Assembly: GCF_018398935.1 (NCBI RefSeq)
Contig: NZ_CP074694.1
Location: forward strand, 5,100,001 to 5,132,000
DNA: 32,000 nucleotides
Source of the DNA: Telmatocola sphagniphila
GTDB taxonomy: Bacteria > Planctomycetota > Planctomycetia > Gemmatales > Gemmataceae
Reading direction: 5' to 3'
Below, one piece after another: positions 6,666 to 15,399 of the stretch; position 1 is the first letter of the stretch; each line of letters starts with the position of its first letter. A program made the position numbers and the translations under genes. The notes beneath the pieces are model-generated. The model searched no databases. It saw nothing but the letters and a program-made list of their open reading frames with translations, and had not been told where the DNA came from.

Positions 6666-8486
6666 TCACTTCAAATAGAGCATCACCACCGCCAGATCCG
6701 CCGGAGTAATTCCACTGATTCGGCTCGCCTGCCCGATACTGCGCGGGCGAATTTTGCCTAGCTTTTCGCGAGCCTCCGCACGCAACTGGGGAATGCCCTC
6801 ATAAGCGAACGCTTCGGGAATCTTCTTCTCTTCCCACTTCTGAAAGCGCTCGACCTGTTCCGACTGCCGATTGACGTAACCGGCGTACTTCAATTCCAGA
6901 ATCACCTGCTCGATTACCTCGGGCTGGGAATTCCACTCGGCCAGCGCCGGCTGGAATTCCACCATCTGGCTCCATTCCGTATCGGTGCGGCGCAGCCATT
7001 TTTCCAGCGTTTCGCCGTCGTGTCGATTCTTCTTCAAGAACGTCAGGAGCTCGGCAATCCTTTCCTCTTTGCGCGCCAACCGGGTCGTCGCTTCCGGAGT
7101 GATGGCGCCGATTTTCTCCGCCAGCGGCGTCAACCGCCGGTCGGCGTTGTCGTGCCGCAGCAGCAGCCGGTATTCCGCCCGCGAAGTGAACATCCGATAG
7201 GGTTCGTCCACACCCTTGGTCACCAGATCGTCGATCAGCACACCGATGTACGCCTGCGATCGATCGATGACGAAACCCGGCTTCCCGGCCACTTTCAGCG
7301 CTGCGTTATAGCCCGCGAGTAATCCTTGAGCCGCCGCTTCTTCATAGCCCGTCGTTCCATTGATTTGACCGGCGAAAAAGAGGCCGCTGACCGGCTTGGT
7401 TTCCAGAGTGGAGTAGAGCTGCGTCGGCGGGGCGAAATCGTATTCCACCGCATAGCCCCAGCGCATCACTTCCGCTTCTTCCAGGCCGGGAATTTCCTTC
7501 AACATGGCCTGCTGAACGTCCTTGGGCAGACTGGTGGAAATGCCGTTGCAGTAGTATTCCCAGGTGTGCAGCCCTTCCGGCTCCAGAAATATCTGATGAG
7601 CGGTTTTGTCCGCAAAGCGGACGATTTTGTCTTCAATACTCGGGCAATAGCGCGGCCCGCAGGTCTTGATCTGGCCGCTGTACATCGGCGAGCGATGCAG
7701 ATTCGCCCGAATGATGTCGTGCACCTTATCGTTGGTGTACGTGATGTGGCAATTCCGCTGCGGCACGGTGATCTTCGTAGTCGCAAAACTAAACGGCCGC
7801 GGGTGGGGATCGCCCGGCTGCTCTTCCAACTTGGAAAAATCGATCGTGCGGCCATTTAATCGACAAGGCGTACCGGTTTTGAATCGCTTCAGTTCGAAGC
7901 CGCATTCCGACAGACTATCCGAAAGATTCTCGGCCACCGCATCCCCGGCCCGGCCCCCCTGCGTCTTCGATTCGCCGGTGTGCATCAGCCCCTTGAGAAA
8001 AGTACCCGTCGTCAGTACCACTGTCAGGGCGCGATAGAGCGTATCGCCGCGCGCCAGCACGCCGCGAATTTTTCGCATCCCCGGGCTATTTTCGAAGACG
8101 AGAGCTTCGACGAGTTCCTGGCGAAGCGTCAGATTGTTCTGTTCTTCGACCCAGTTCTTCATGGTGAACTGATAGAGCTTTTTATCGGCCTGGGCACGCG
8201 GGCTGTGCATGGCCGGGCCCTTCGATTCGTTGAGCATTCGAAACTGAATGCCGGAAGCATCGATGCATCGGCCCATCACGCCGCCCAAGGCGTCGATTTC
8301 GCGGACGATTTGCCCCTTGGCAACGCCGCCGATGGCCGGGTTGCAGGACATCTGAGCCACGGTATCGGCATTGATGGTCAATAGAACCGTCTTGGCGCCC
8401 AGGCGCGCCGCGGCCATGGCCGCTTCGACTCCCGCGTGCCCCGCCCCCACTACCACCACATCGAAATCGTAGGTCAACGCTGGCAT
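6666..8486 (-). CDS. mnmG: tRNA uridine 5-carboxymethylaminomethyl modification enzyme MnmG (GidA)
   Basis: 606 aa. It has the N-terminal FAD fold [25 protein letters not shown], followed by [39 protein letters not shown] and [20 protein letters not shown]. This is the full-length MnmG pattern. Confidence 0.97.
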   Translation of the reverse strand: MPALTYDFDVVVVGAGHAGVEAAMAAARLGAKTVLLTINADTVAQMSCNPAIGGVAKGQIVREIDALGGVMGRCIDASGIQFRMLNESKGPAMHSPRAQADKKLYQFTMKNWVEEQNNLTLRQELVEALVFENSPGMRKIRGVLARGDTLYRALTVVLTTGTFLKGLMHTGESKTQGGRAGDAVAENLSDSLSECGFELKRFKTGTPCRLNGRTIDFSKLEEQPGDPHPRPFSFATTKITVPQRNCHITYTNDKVHDIIRANLHRSPMYSGQIKTCGPRYCPSIEDKIVRFADKTAHQIFLEPEGLHTWEYYCNGISTSLPKDVQQAMLKEIPGLEEAEVMRWGYAVEYDFAPPTQLYSTLETKPVSGLFFAGQINGTTGYEEAAAQGLLAGYNAALKVAGKPGFVIDRSQAYIGVLIDDLVTKGVDEPYRMFTSRAEYRLLLRHDNADRRLTPLAEKIGAITPEATTRLARKEERIAELLTFLKKNRHDGETLEKWLRRTDTEWSQMVEFQPALAEWNSQPEVIEQVILELKYAGYVNRQSEQVERFQKWEEKKIPEAFAYEGIPQLRAEAREKLGKIRPRSIGQASRISGITPADLAVVMLYLK

Positions 8487-8534
8487 ATCTCTCCCAAGTA
8501 AGCTCCATTCATTTTACTGCGTCGGGACAATTCC

Positions 8535-8600
8535 GTTTACCGCGACGCGCTAGCGGAGCGTGATTCCCTTCTTTCCAACGCGACAGTGGAGTGTGATTAC
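8535..8600. repeat. Left copy of the short repeat family flanking the TA module
   Basis: GTTTACCGCGACGCGCTAGCGGAGCGTGATT at 8535-8565, plus a degenerate second unit AACGCGACAGTGGAGTGTGATTAC at 8577-8600. The reverse complement of 8535-8563 matches 9337-9367. Confidence 0.7.
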
Positions 8601-8740
8601 TTCTATTCGTTGCGATAAAACACGTTCTGTAGCGAGTTCGATATTATCTCAAACAGACCCGGTTTGGCCCCTCTTTCCAATCTCGCCAGATGAACTTCGT
8701 GCTCAGAAAACGAAATAGTGTCCCAAGTCCGGTTTGAAAA

Positions 8741-9043
8741 CTAGGGAAGTCGCTTTCGCCAAAAATTCCAATCAACACGGCCGTGTTGTACGGCGACAAT
8801 GAGAATTAGATTTGACTCAATTTTGTAATAAATGACTTGTGGAAATTTCAGAAGTGGACACGCACGCATGCCATCTTCGATGATTCCATACATTTCTGGA
8901 TTACTGGCGATTCGAGAAGTTTGCTTTGCCAACGCCGAGTAAAATCGTTCCCCCAATCCAGAGCGTATGAGTTCATAGTCGGTATAAAGCTCGTCGATTT
9001 CAGCAATCGCTTCTTTTAAGTAGACGATGGGGCGAGTGTTCAT
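8741..9043 (-). CDS. Type II toxin-antitoxin system toxin, ParE/RelE family (100 aa)
   Basis: The small protein has a ParE/RelE-like layout (..AEIDELYTDYELIRSGLGERFYSALAKQTSRIASNPEMYG...FPQVIYYKIESNLILIVAVQHGR). Its start overlaps the upstream gene's stop in ATGA (9040-9043). Confidence 0.8.
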   Translation of the reverse strand: MNTRPIVYLKEAIAEIDELYTDYELIRSGLGERFYSALAKQTSRIASNPEMYGIIEDGMRACPLLKFPQVIYYKIESNLILIVAVQHGRVDWNFWRKRLP

Positions 9044-9264
9044 CGAATTCGTCGCAAGTGGGTGATCAATTGCTCTGGGGTCATCGAATCTTCGGGATTT
9101 AGCCGATAATTGTGCAATCGCTTTTGAAATTCCAGTTTTTGCTCGGCACTGAGTTGAGGATCACAATTCGATACAGTGATCTCTTCCCATATTTGCTCGA
9201 CAAAATGTAACTGATCCTCAATCGGCCATTGTCTTACGGCTTCTATTACTGCTGATTTAGTCAT
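9040..9264 (-). CDS. Putative antitoxin / addiction-module component (74 aa)
   Basis: Small acidic helical protein (MTKSAVIEAVRQWPIEDQLHFVEQIWEEI...LSAEQKLEFQKRLHNYRLNPE) lying directly upstream of the toxin, with a 4-nt overlap that suggests translational coupling. It resembles the 'putative addiction module component' type of antitoxin. Confidence 0.7.
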   Translation of the reverse strand: MTKSAVIEAVRQWPIEDQLHFVEQIWEEITVSNCDPQLSAEQKLEFQKRLHNYRLNPEDSMTPEQLITHLRRIR

Positions 9265-9336
9265 GGATTTTTCTCGCCATTGCTTAAGTTCATTTTACCA
9301 GACAGTGCGTTCCGCCACAACTGATCGATTTCACGA

Positions 9337-9392
9337 GTAACACTCCGCTACCGCGTCGCGGTTAAACGCGTTCTTTACCGCGGAGCGTGATT
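9337..9392. repeat. Right copies of the short repeat family flanking the TA module
   Basis: GTAACACTCCGCTACCGCGTCGCGGTTAAAC at 9337-9367 is the inverted copy of 8535-8565. TTTACCGCGGAGCGTGATT at 9374-9392 is a direct, internally deleted copy. Confidence 0.7.
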
Positions 9393-9397
9393 TTGTT

Positions 9398-10645
9398 TCA
9401 CCGCAGCCATTTATCGGCGAAATCACAGAAGATCTTCCAGTCGTCCTTAATCATCGAGTGCTTGCCAGGGCGGATCCAGTAACCGAGCTTGCTATCGATG
9501 AATTGGCCTACCTCCGGCATTTTTTCCGACGCACATTCGCCGGCTTTCAGCAACTTGTAAACCGGCTCGGCCGACTTCAGCATCTGAAACTGCCCGGCCG
9601 GATTGGCCCATTCATCCTCAATCGCATTGGTGATCAACAGCGGACGCGGCGCACAGAGCGCCATCAGACAGTTCTGATCGAATGGCAGCTTACTGGTATC
9701 GGGCCCAAACTGTTTGAAATTGGTGTCGAACCAGTGGGGAAATGCCTTATTGATGCGCTCGACGCTTTCGTTCTTCGGATTCTTGGTACGGCTCGGAGCG
9801 GTGCCGCCGCAGCCCGCCTGGTGGGGAATAACCACAGCAAAGCGCTCGTCGAATGCCCCGGCCACTATCGTCGCCTTGCCCAACCGGCTGTGACCCACCA
9901 AAGCGACCTTTTTGGAATCGATCGCTTTATCGGTTTCCAGATAATCGAGTATCCGGCTCGAGCCCCAGGCCCAGACCATCACGGACGCCGGATCATCATC
10001 TTCGGGTGTCTTCAATTTCCACAGGTGCTTTTGCACGCCCAGCCGTTGATCGGCCCGGTCGGGATCGATGTCGCCATAATAGAGCGTGGCCACGGCGTAA
10101 CCCCGGTCGATGATGTATTCCAGATTCCAGGTATCGACCTGTTTGCCACGACCCTCTTCGGTGGCTCGATTCGGTTGGGCTTTGTTCTCGCTGCCCAGCA
10201 TCCAAACGGTGGGAAGGTGAATGCGTTTATCGGCTAAAAGCGAGTGATTTCCCGTGAAATTATAGCCGAGAAAACAGGGCACCGGACCTTGCGCTTTATT
10301 GGGTAGAGCCATCAGTAGATAAGATTTGGGACAGCTCTCGGACGGAAAAGAGATTTCCACTTCGCGAAGAGTGGCCTTGCCCCCAAATACCTGCTTATCT
10401 TCAAAGAGAATTTTGGCCGTGACCTTTATGGCATCCGGTTTCCGGCCATACATGTAGTATTCGAAAAGATGTTGCAGTTCTGGTTTGCGTTTGGTGTTCC
10501 ATTCCGCGGCCGAGGTGATTTTGGTACCATCCATTCCAACCAGGGGATCGACGGCTTGTTGCGAGGGGAGATCCTTGAAAGCGGGATAGGTTTGGGCCTG
10601 GACCGTTGAAGCGAACAAAAACAAAATGAAACAGAAGCGGTTCAT
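9398..10645 (-). CDS. Secreted alpha/beta hydrolase, CE15 glucuronoyl-esterase-like
   Basis: The ATG at 10645 gives MNRFCFILFLFASTVQAQ as a signal peptide (the ORF-track start at 10654 is a TTG). The N-terminal region DPLVGMDGTKITSAAEWNTKRKPELQHLFEYYMYG and the nucleophile motif VGHSRLGKATIVAGAFDERFAVVIPHQAGCGG resemble the CE15 G-x-S-R-x-G block. Confidence 0.7.
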   Translation of the reverse strand: MNRFCFILFLFASTVQAQTYPAFKDLPSQQAVDPLVGMDGTKITSAAEWNTKRKPELQHLFEYYMYGRKPDAIKVTAKILFEDKQVFGGKATLREVEISFPSESCPKSYLLMALPNKAQGPVPCFLGYNFTGNHSLLADKRIHLPTVWMLGSENKAQPNRATEEGRGKQVDTWNLEYIIDRGYAVATLYYGDIDPDRADQRLGVQKHLWKLKTPEDDDPASVMVWAWGSSRILDYLETDKAIDSKKVALVGHSRLGKATIVAGAFDERFAVVIPHQAGCGGTAPSRTKNPKNESVERINKAFPHWFDTNFKQFGPDTSKLPFDQNCLMALCAPRPLLITNAIEDEWANPAGQFQMLKSAEPVYKLLKAGECASEKMPEVGQFIDSKLGYWIRPGKHSMIKDDWKIFCDFADKWLR

Positions 10646-10695
10646 GAGAGTCAATCCTGTAGGAAATTCCGCCGCGAGGCCTCCCGATAATACCC

Positions 10696-12093
10696 ATGAA
10701 ATCCCTCTTTCGCAAACGGATATTCCGACTCGGATTGCTCCTCACACTCCCCTTCCTCCTCTTCTTCGCCTTCCTTATCGGTTATCGATGGCACATCTCT
10801 GAACAATCCAACGCAGCCCTACGCGAAATCACCCAAAAACTCGATCAAACCGACCCCGGTTGGCGCTGGGAAGAGATCCTCACAAATCAAAAGACCCTAC
10901 CGGCAGACACCAATAGTTATTTTGTAGTTCAGAGGCTGCTTCCTCAACCGAGGCCAAGCCCAATGGCGCTTCTGCGAATGAACACCTCCAATCTACCTAT
11001 CGAAAGAAGCTGGGCACTACCCGGATTAATGCCGCCGGAACAAGCCGATTGGGCGGGAGAATTTGTTGAGAAAAATTCGGAAAAGCTTCTGTTGGCCCGC
11101 AGTCTTGTGAATTACCCAGAAGGGCGACCATTAATCGCATATACGCACGCAATCCTAGACACAATCAGCAGCACTGAGCGAGTCCCTTTTCTTCAGGGGG
11201 CTGAACTATTACGATGGGATGCTCGAGTCGCCTGCCAAATGGGTAATCTCAATCAGGCGATTGAAGACATACGGGCACTCCGCAATTTAGCTCGAGCCTT
11301 TAATCATGCTGATGGGTTTGGTTCGTGTTTGAGTAACCGTCGAATGGGACTTTCGTGGGTCGTTTATTCACTTGAAGAACTTCTGGCCAACAGCGAACCG
11401 AACGGGAAGTCGCTTGTTCTTCTTGAGGAAGAATTACTAGAGGAAAGTCTGGAAAATCAGATCGTGCCCAATTTGAAGTTCCAGCGAGCCCTGTGCTTTG
11501 AAGCGATGAAAGATTTCGAACGAATAATGCTTATCCTTGGGATAACGAATGGCGACTTGAAATCTCGTTTACTTCCTTACAAATACGGCGCCTATGCAGA
11601 ACGGGATCAGGCGGCTTATCTCCAAGAAATGACGGCTCTTATAGAGAAATGCAAAAATCCGGAGTACGAATTGCTGGATGTTCAGAAAAGTTACAAACTC
11701 AGTCATGCCGACATAAAACAGTGGCCCGAGTGTGAGACCGATACACTGCTATGCAATTTGTTGTTCTACCAGTTCGAAACTATGAATTTGCTTATTGTTG
11801 GTGATTTGTTAAACAAAGCGGAGCTGCGCTGTGCAGCCACGGCCATCGCCGCCGAACGCTTCCGGCAGGATCACAATCGCTGGCCGGAGAAACTCGATCA
11901 GCTCGTACCGCAATACCTGAAATCCGTGCCGCGCGATCCCTTCGTAGATGAACCCCTGAAATTCAGACAGGTCAAGGACGGCGTCTTCATCTATTACAAC
12001 GACCGAGGAGCATTTCTTCGACCACCCGAAAGTAATGGCAAACCAGCTGATCTGGGTATCAAACTCTGGAACCCCGAGCTACGCAGACACTAA
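10696..12093 (+). CDS. Membrane-anchored hypothetical protein with GspG-like C-terminal module (paralog A, 465 aa)
   Basis: N-terminal anchor is MKSLFRKRIFRLGLLLTLPFLLFFAFLIGYRW. C-terminus is AATAIAAERFRQDHNRWPEKLDQLVPQYLKSVPRDPFVDEPLKF. It is followed 12 nt later by a paralog. Confidence 0.8.
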   Translation: MKSLFRKRIFRLGLLLTLPFLLFFAFLIGYRWHISEQSNAALREITQKLDQTDPGWRWEEILTNQKTLPADTNSYFVVQRLLPQPRPSPMALLRMNTSNLPIERSWALPGLMPPEQADWAGEFVEKNSEKLLLARSLVNYPEGRPLIAYTHAILDTISSTERVPFLQGAELLRWDARVACQMGNLNQAIEDIRALRNLARAFNHADGFGSCLSNRRMGLSWVVYSLEELLANSEPNGKSLVLLEEELLEESLENQIVPNLKFQRALCFEAMKDFERIMLILGITNGDLKSRLLPYKYGAYAERDQAAYLQEMTALIEKCKNPEYELLDVQKSYKLSHADIKQWPECETDTLLCNLLFYQFETMNLLIVGDLLNKAELRCAATAIAAERFRQDHNRWPEKLDQLVPQYLKSVPRDPFVDEPLKFRQVKDGVFIYYNDRGAFLRPPESNGKPADLGIKLWNPELRRH

Positions 12094-12105
12094 TAAGACA
12101 AACCC

Positions 12106-13545
12106 ATGAAATCCCTCTTTCGCAAACGGATATTCCGACTCGGATTGCTACTCGCACTCCCCTTCCTCCTCTTCTTCGCCTTCCTTATCGGTTATCGATG
12201 GCACATCTCTGAACAATCCAACGCAGCCCTACGCGAAATCACACAAAAACTCGATCAAACCGACCCCGGTTGGCGCTGGGAAGACCTGTACGAACGCCGC
12301 CCTAAAATGCCGGAGGAAAAAAATAGCTCGGTTCTGATCGATAAAATTTTAAGCCGTTTTCCCACCCTGAAGTTCAATCCAACATCACCGGAGAATCCCA
12401 AATATGAACGAAGCTGGGCATTACCTGATCACATGCCCTGGGAGGAGGCCGACTGGGCCGGGGAATTTGTCGGACAGAACGCCGCGGCTATACAAATGGC
12501 CCGACAACTGGTGAACTTTCCGGACGGCCAGTTGAACATTAATTATGCACCGGGCATCATCGGTACCATTCTGAACAAACAACAGAATTACCTTCAAATT
12601 GGTCCACTTCTTCGTTGGGATGCCCGTGTGGAAATGCAGCTGGGACATCTCGATGTCGCCATCGAAGATATTCGCGCTCTGATCAACTTCGGCCGGACGT
12701 TCAACCGGGAAGAAGGTCTGATTTTTCTCGGTTTTCGGAGATACCAGCAGCTCCAAGCCGCCGAACTGGTAGAAGAACTGCTGGCTCTCAGCGAACCCCA
12801 GGGGCCGACGTTCGCCATTTTGCAGGAGGAACTGCTTCGCGAAAGCCAAGAGGATCTCTACTTACCTGCCCTCCGATTCGAACGGGCGATGAGTTTCGAA
12901 GCCATGAATTACTTCGCAAAGGAGGTGCGAGAAGGCCGGATGATGCAGATATTTGCTCAGTATGGAATTCGACTTCCTCCTGTCGATCTGCGGGTTTACT
13001 TGATTCCTTACCGCTATGGAGCTTTTGCGAAGGGAGATCAGGCCGCATACCTCCGGGAGATTACCGATTTCATCGAAGAGTGCAAAAAGCCCGAGTACGA
13101 ATTGACTGAGGTTCAGAAGTCCTACAACCTTCGGCACGCGATTATAAATCGCTGGCCCGACTACGAAATGAGATCCCTGATGGGGAATGTCTGCCTCTTC
13201 AAAAAAGTGGAATTTCTGGTTGCCGACCTCAAAGCCAAAGCCCTTCTGCGTTGTGCCGCCACGGCCATCGCCGCCGAACGCTTCCGGCAGGATCACAAAC
13301 GCTGGCCGGAGAAACTCGATCAGCTGGTACCGCAATACCTGAAATCCGTGCCGCGCGACCCCTTCATCGATGCTCCTCTCAAGCTCCGACGCGTCGAAGA
13401 CGGTATTGTCCTCTACAGTGTGGGCGAAAACGGCCAGGACGATCAGGGCGATGTCGTTAAGCCCCTAAATAGCACCGTCGAACCTGCCGATCTGGGCGTT
13501 AAAATCTGGAACTCCGATCGACGCGGCCGCGCGAACAAAGATTGA
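12106..13545 (+). CDS. Membrane-anchored hypothetical protein with GspG-like C-terminal module (paralog B, 479 aa)
   Basis: The first 59 aa are almost identical to paralog A. C-terminus is AATAIAAERFRQDHKRWPEKLDQLVPQYLKSVPRDPFIDAPLKLRRVEDGIVLYSVGENGQDDQGD...DLGVKIWN, which resembles the globular C-terminal pattern of T2SS pseudopilin GspG (lP.DPW..pY.Y...G..DG..GG...DI..W). Confidence 0.8.
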   Translation: MKSLFRKRIFRLGLLLALPFLLFFAFLIGYRWHISEQSNAALREITQKLDQTDPGWRWEDLYERRPKMPEEKNSSVLIDKILSRFPTLKFNPTSPENPKYERSWALPDHMPWEEADWAGEFVGQNAAAIQMARQLVNFPDGQLNINYAPGIIGTILNKQQNYLQIGPLLRWDARVEMQLGHLDVAIEDIRALINFGRTFNREEGLIFLGFRRYQQLQAAELVEELLALSEPQGPTFAILQEELLRESQEDLYLPALRFERAMSFEAMNYFAKEVREGRMMQIFAQYGIRLPPVDLRVYLIPYRYGAFAKGDQAAYLREITDFIEECKKPEYELTEVQKSYNLRHAIINRWPDYEMRSLMGNVCLFKKVEFLVADLKAKALLRCAATAIAAERFRQDHKRWPEKLDQLVPQYLKSVPRDPFIDAPLKLRRVEDGIVLYSVGENGQDDQGDVVKPLNSTVEPADLGVKIWNSDRRGRANKD

Positions 13546-13703
13546 GCCATGCAAAGGTGATTTTCTCTTGCCCCAGAGCGGGATTGTGCGACAATTTCCT
13601 GATTGAATTTCAGGAGCGCTCCGTGGCAAAGTCCGTTTTCGCGTCGGCCTTTTTCGAAATTTCCATCTTCTTTCCGCGCGATGTCTTCACTCTGGTCACG
13701 TGG

Positions 13704-14291
13704 ATGATGGCCCGCGATGGCATCCGTGAGGAAGCTTCCGGCGATCGGCCTAAAACGACCGTTTGGGAAGTTTGCGACGCCGTCGCCTACATGTCCGGGG
13801 TAGACCCTAAAGAAGTGGAACGTAAATTCCGGGAAGCCGGCATCGATATGGAGGCCTTCGTCGAAACCGACCCCGAAAATTCCCCGCTGATCGAACGAAT
13901 TATCGACGATGCCAGTTACGATGATAATGAAGAGTTTCTCGACGAAGGCGAATTTCTGGGCGATGATCCCATTCCGTTCCCCGGAAAATCGAGTCGACGG
14001 CTCGATTCCGAGGCCCCCGAAAGCATTACGTTCGAACTAACCGCCAGCGACCGCAAACTCGTCCTGAAACATGGGCAACCCAAGGGAGGGTTACTGGCCC
14101 TTCTCGATCAGCACACCCGCAACCTGCAGAGCATCGTGGTGCAAACCGATCCCCGAACTTTCACGCACATCCTGGTCTACCTGACCCACGCCGCGGTGAA
14201 GTGTCAGGGCAAAAAATACGATGCCCTGTCCGACCTGATCGGCTACATGCTCCAGGAAGCCGAAGAGCAGGGTCTGGACCTCCGAAAATAA
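13704..14291 (+). CDS. Acidic hypothetical protein (195 aa) immediately upstream of dnaA
   Basis: ATG at 13704 (MMARDGIREE...). The ORF-track start at 13542 is a TTG with a hydrophobic, non-protein-like extension. There is a strongly acidic central segment (IIDDASYDDNEEFLDEGEFLGDDP). The stop lies 7 nt before the dnaA start. Confidence 0.6.
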   Translation: MMARDGIREEASGDRPKTTVWEVCDAVAYMSGVDPKEVERKFREAGIDMEAFVETDPENSPLIERIIDDASYDDNEEFLDEGEFLGDDPIPFPGKSSRRLDSEAPESITFELTASDRKLVLKHGQPKGGLLALLDQHTRNLQSIVVQTDPRTFTHILVYLTHAAVKCQGKKYDALSDLIGYMLQEAEEQGLDLRK

Positions 14292-14298
14292 AGATGTA

Positions 14299-15285
14299 AT
14301 GTCCGCTATTTCCATTCCCGAGCAGCGCGCCGCCCGCAAAGCGCTCGAACGACTTGAAGTTCACCTTTCCCAACGCAAGATCAAACCGAAAATTTCGCTC
14401 TTCCCGCCCATCTTTCTGCACGGTCTGCCCGGGACCGGCAAATCGGAGCTTTTCCGGCAGCTCCTGGAGCACATCACCGCTCTCGACCCTTCCCTGGTCT
14501 GTCAGATCCTCCCGGCCCGCGAACTGGCGGAATTATTACGCCAGGAGGCGGAAGCCGAGGCCGTGCAGATTCAACTGCGGGATGTGGACCTTCTGATCGT
14601 GGAAGACCTGCAGTACTTCAGCAACTCGGCCTCGGAAGCGCTGTGCAACATTCTGGATGACCTGCAGCAGAATAAAGGCTACTTTCTGGCCAGCGCCACC
14701 AGCGGCCCGATGATTCTCAAGGATCTCTCAGCCCGGCTCAAATCCCGGCTCAGCGGCGGCTTGGTCCTGCGAATGGGAACGCTCACCGAAAGTAGCCGTC
14801 GCAAGCTCACGGCTCAACTTCTGAAAGCCAAAAAACTGCACGTTAGCGAAGAGGTTCTGGATTTTCTGGCCAGGCAACCGGGGGAGTGTCGGGAAACTGT
14901 AGGGCGGGTTGTGCAATTGGAAACGCTTGCTCGCATGGTGCCGGTTCCGCTTCGCTTATCGGATGTGTCGACCTACTTTTCGCAAACTTCGCAACCGGTA
15001 GAGTCTTCCATTGATCGAGTCAGCCGTTTAGTGGCGAAGAATATGGGGACGGACATCCGAAAGATGCGTTCCCAGGCTCGACATGCGGGGGTGACCTGGG
15101 CCCGTCAGGTGGCCATGTATCTCGCTCGGCAGGTCACCGACGAGTCGCTGGTAGCCATCGGACGGTATTTTGGTGGACGTGACCACTCCACCGTACTGCA
15201 TGCTCTGACGAAAGTCTCAGAGCGAATGAAGGACGACCCGACCATCCGGCGCGAGATCGAGCGCTGGGTGCAGGAAGCCAAGTGA
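14299..15285 (+). CDS. dnaA: Chromosomal replication initiator DnaA, short form (AAA+ domain III + DNA-binding domain IV only, 328 aa)
   Basis: Walker A is FLHGLPGTGKSELF, Walker B is LLIVEDLQYF, and the box VII-like motif is KSRLSGGLVLRMG. The domain IV signature is ARQVAMYLARQVTDESLVAIGRYFGGRDHSTVLHALTKV. dnaN lies downstream. No upstream in-frame start exists (in-frame stop at 14236-14238). Confidence 0.8.
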   Translation: MSAISIPEQRAARKALERLEVHLSQRKIKPKISLFPPIFLHGLPGTGKSELFRQLLEHITALDPSLVCQILPARELAELLRQEAEAEAVQIQLRDVDLLIVEDLQYFSNSASEALCNILDDLQQNKGYFLASATSGPMILKDLSARLKSRLSGGLVLRMGTLTESSRRKLTAQLLKAKKLHVSEEVLDFLARQPGECRETVGRVVQLETLARMVPVPLRLSDVSTYFSQTSQPVESSIDRVSRLVAKNMGTDIRKMRSQARHAGVTWARQVAMYLARQVTDESLVAIGRYFGGRDHSTVLHALTKVSERMKDDPTIRREIERWVQEAK

Positions 15286-15399
15286 GCTGCCTCCGGCCAG
15301 ACGACCCGGGCGCGTCGATGAGCTGATGCGGCGGCTTATGCTCCAAAGCTTCCCCCCTTAACCCGGCCGGCCAACTGGGCGAAGGGGCGTTCGGGTCGT

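Noticed and set aside
8535-9392. Integron attC-type recombination sites as the explanation for the repeats flanking the TA module (also considered for the repeats at 22652-23843)
   Set aside because: GTTAAAC at 9361-9367 fits GTTRRRY. However, I could not find the matching RYYYAAC partner in the required geometry. The 22.6/23.7-kb repeats have GTTAGGA, which ends in A rather than Y. No intI integrase or attI is visible in the window. The idea stays as an untested alternative only.
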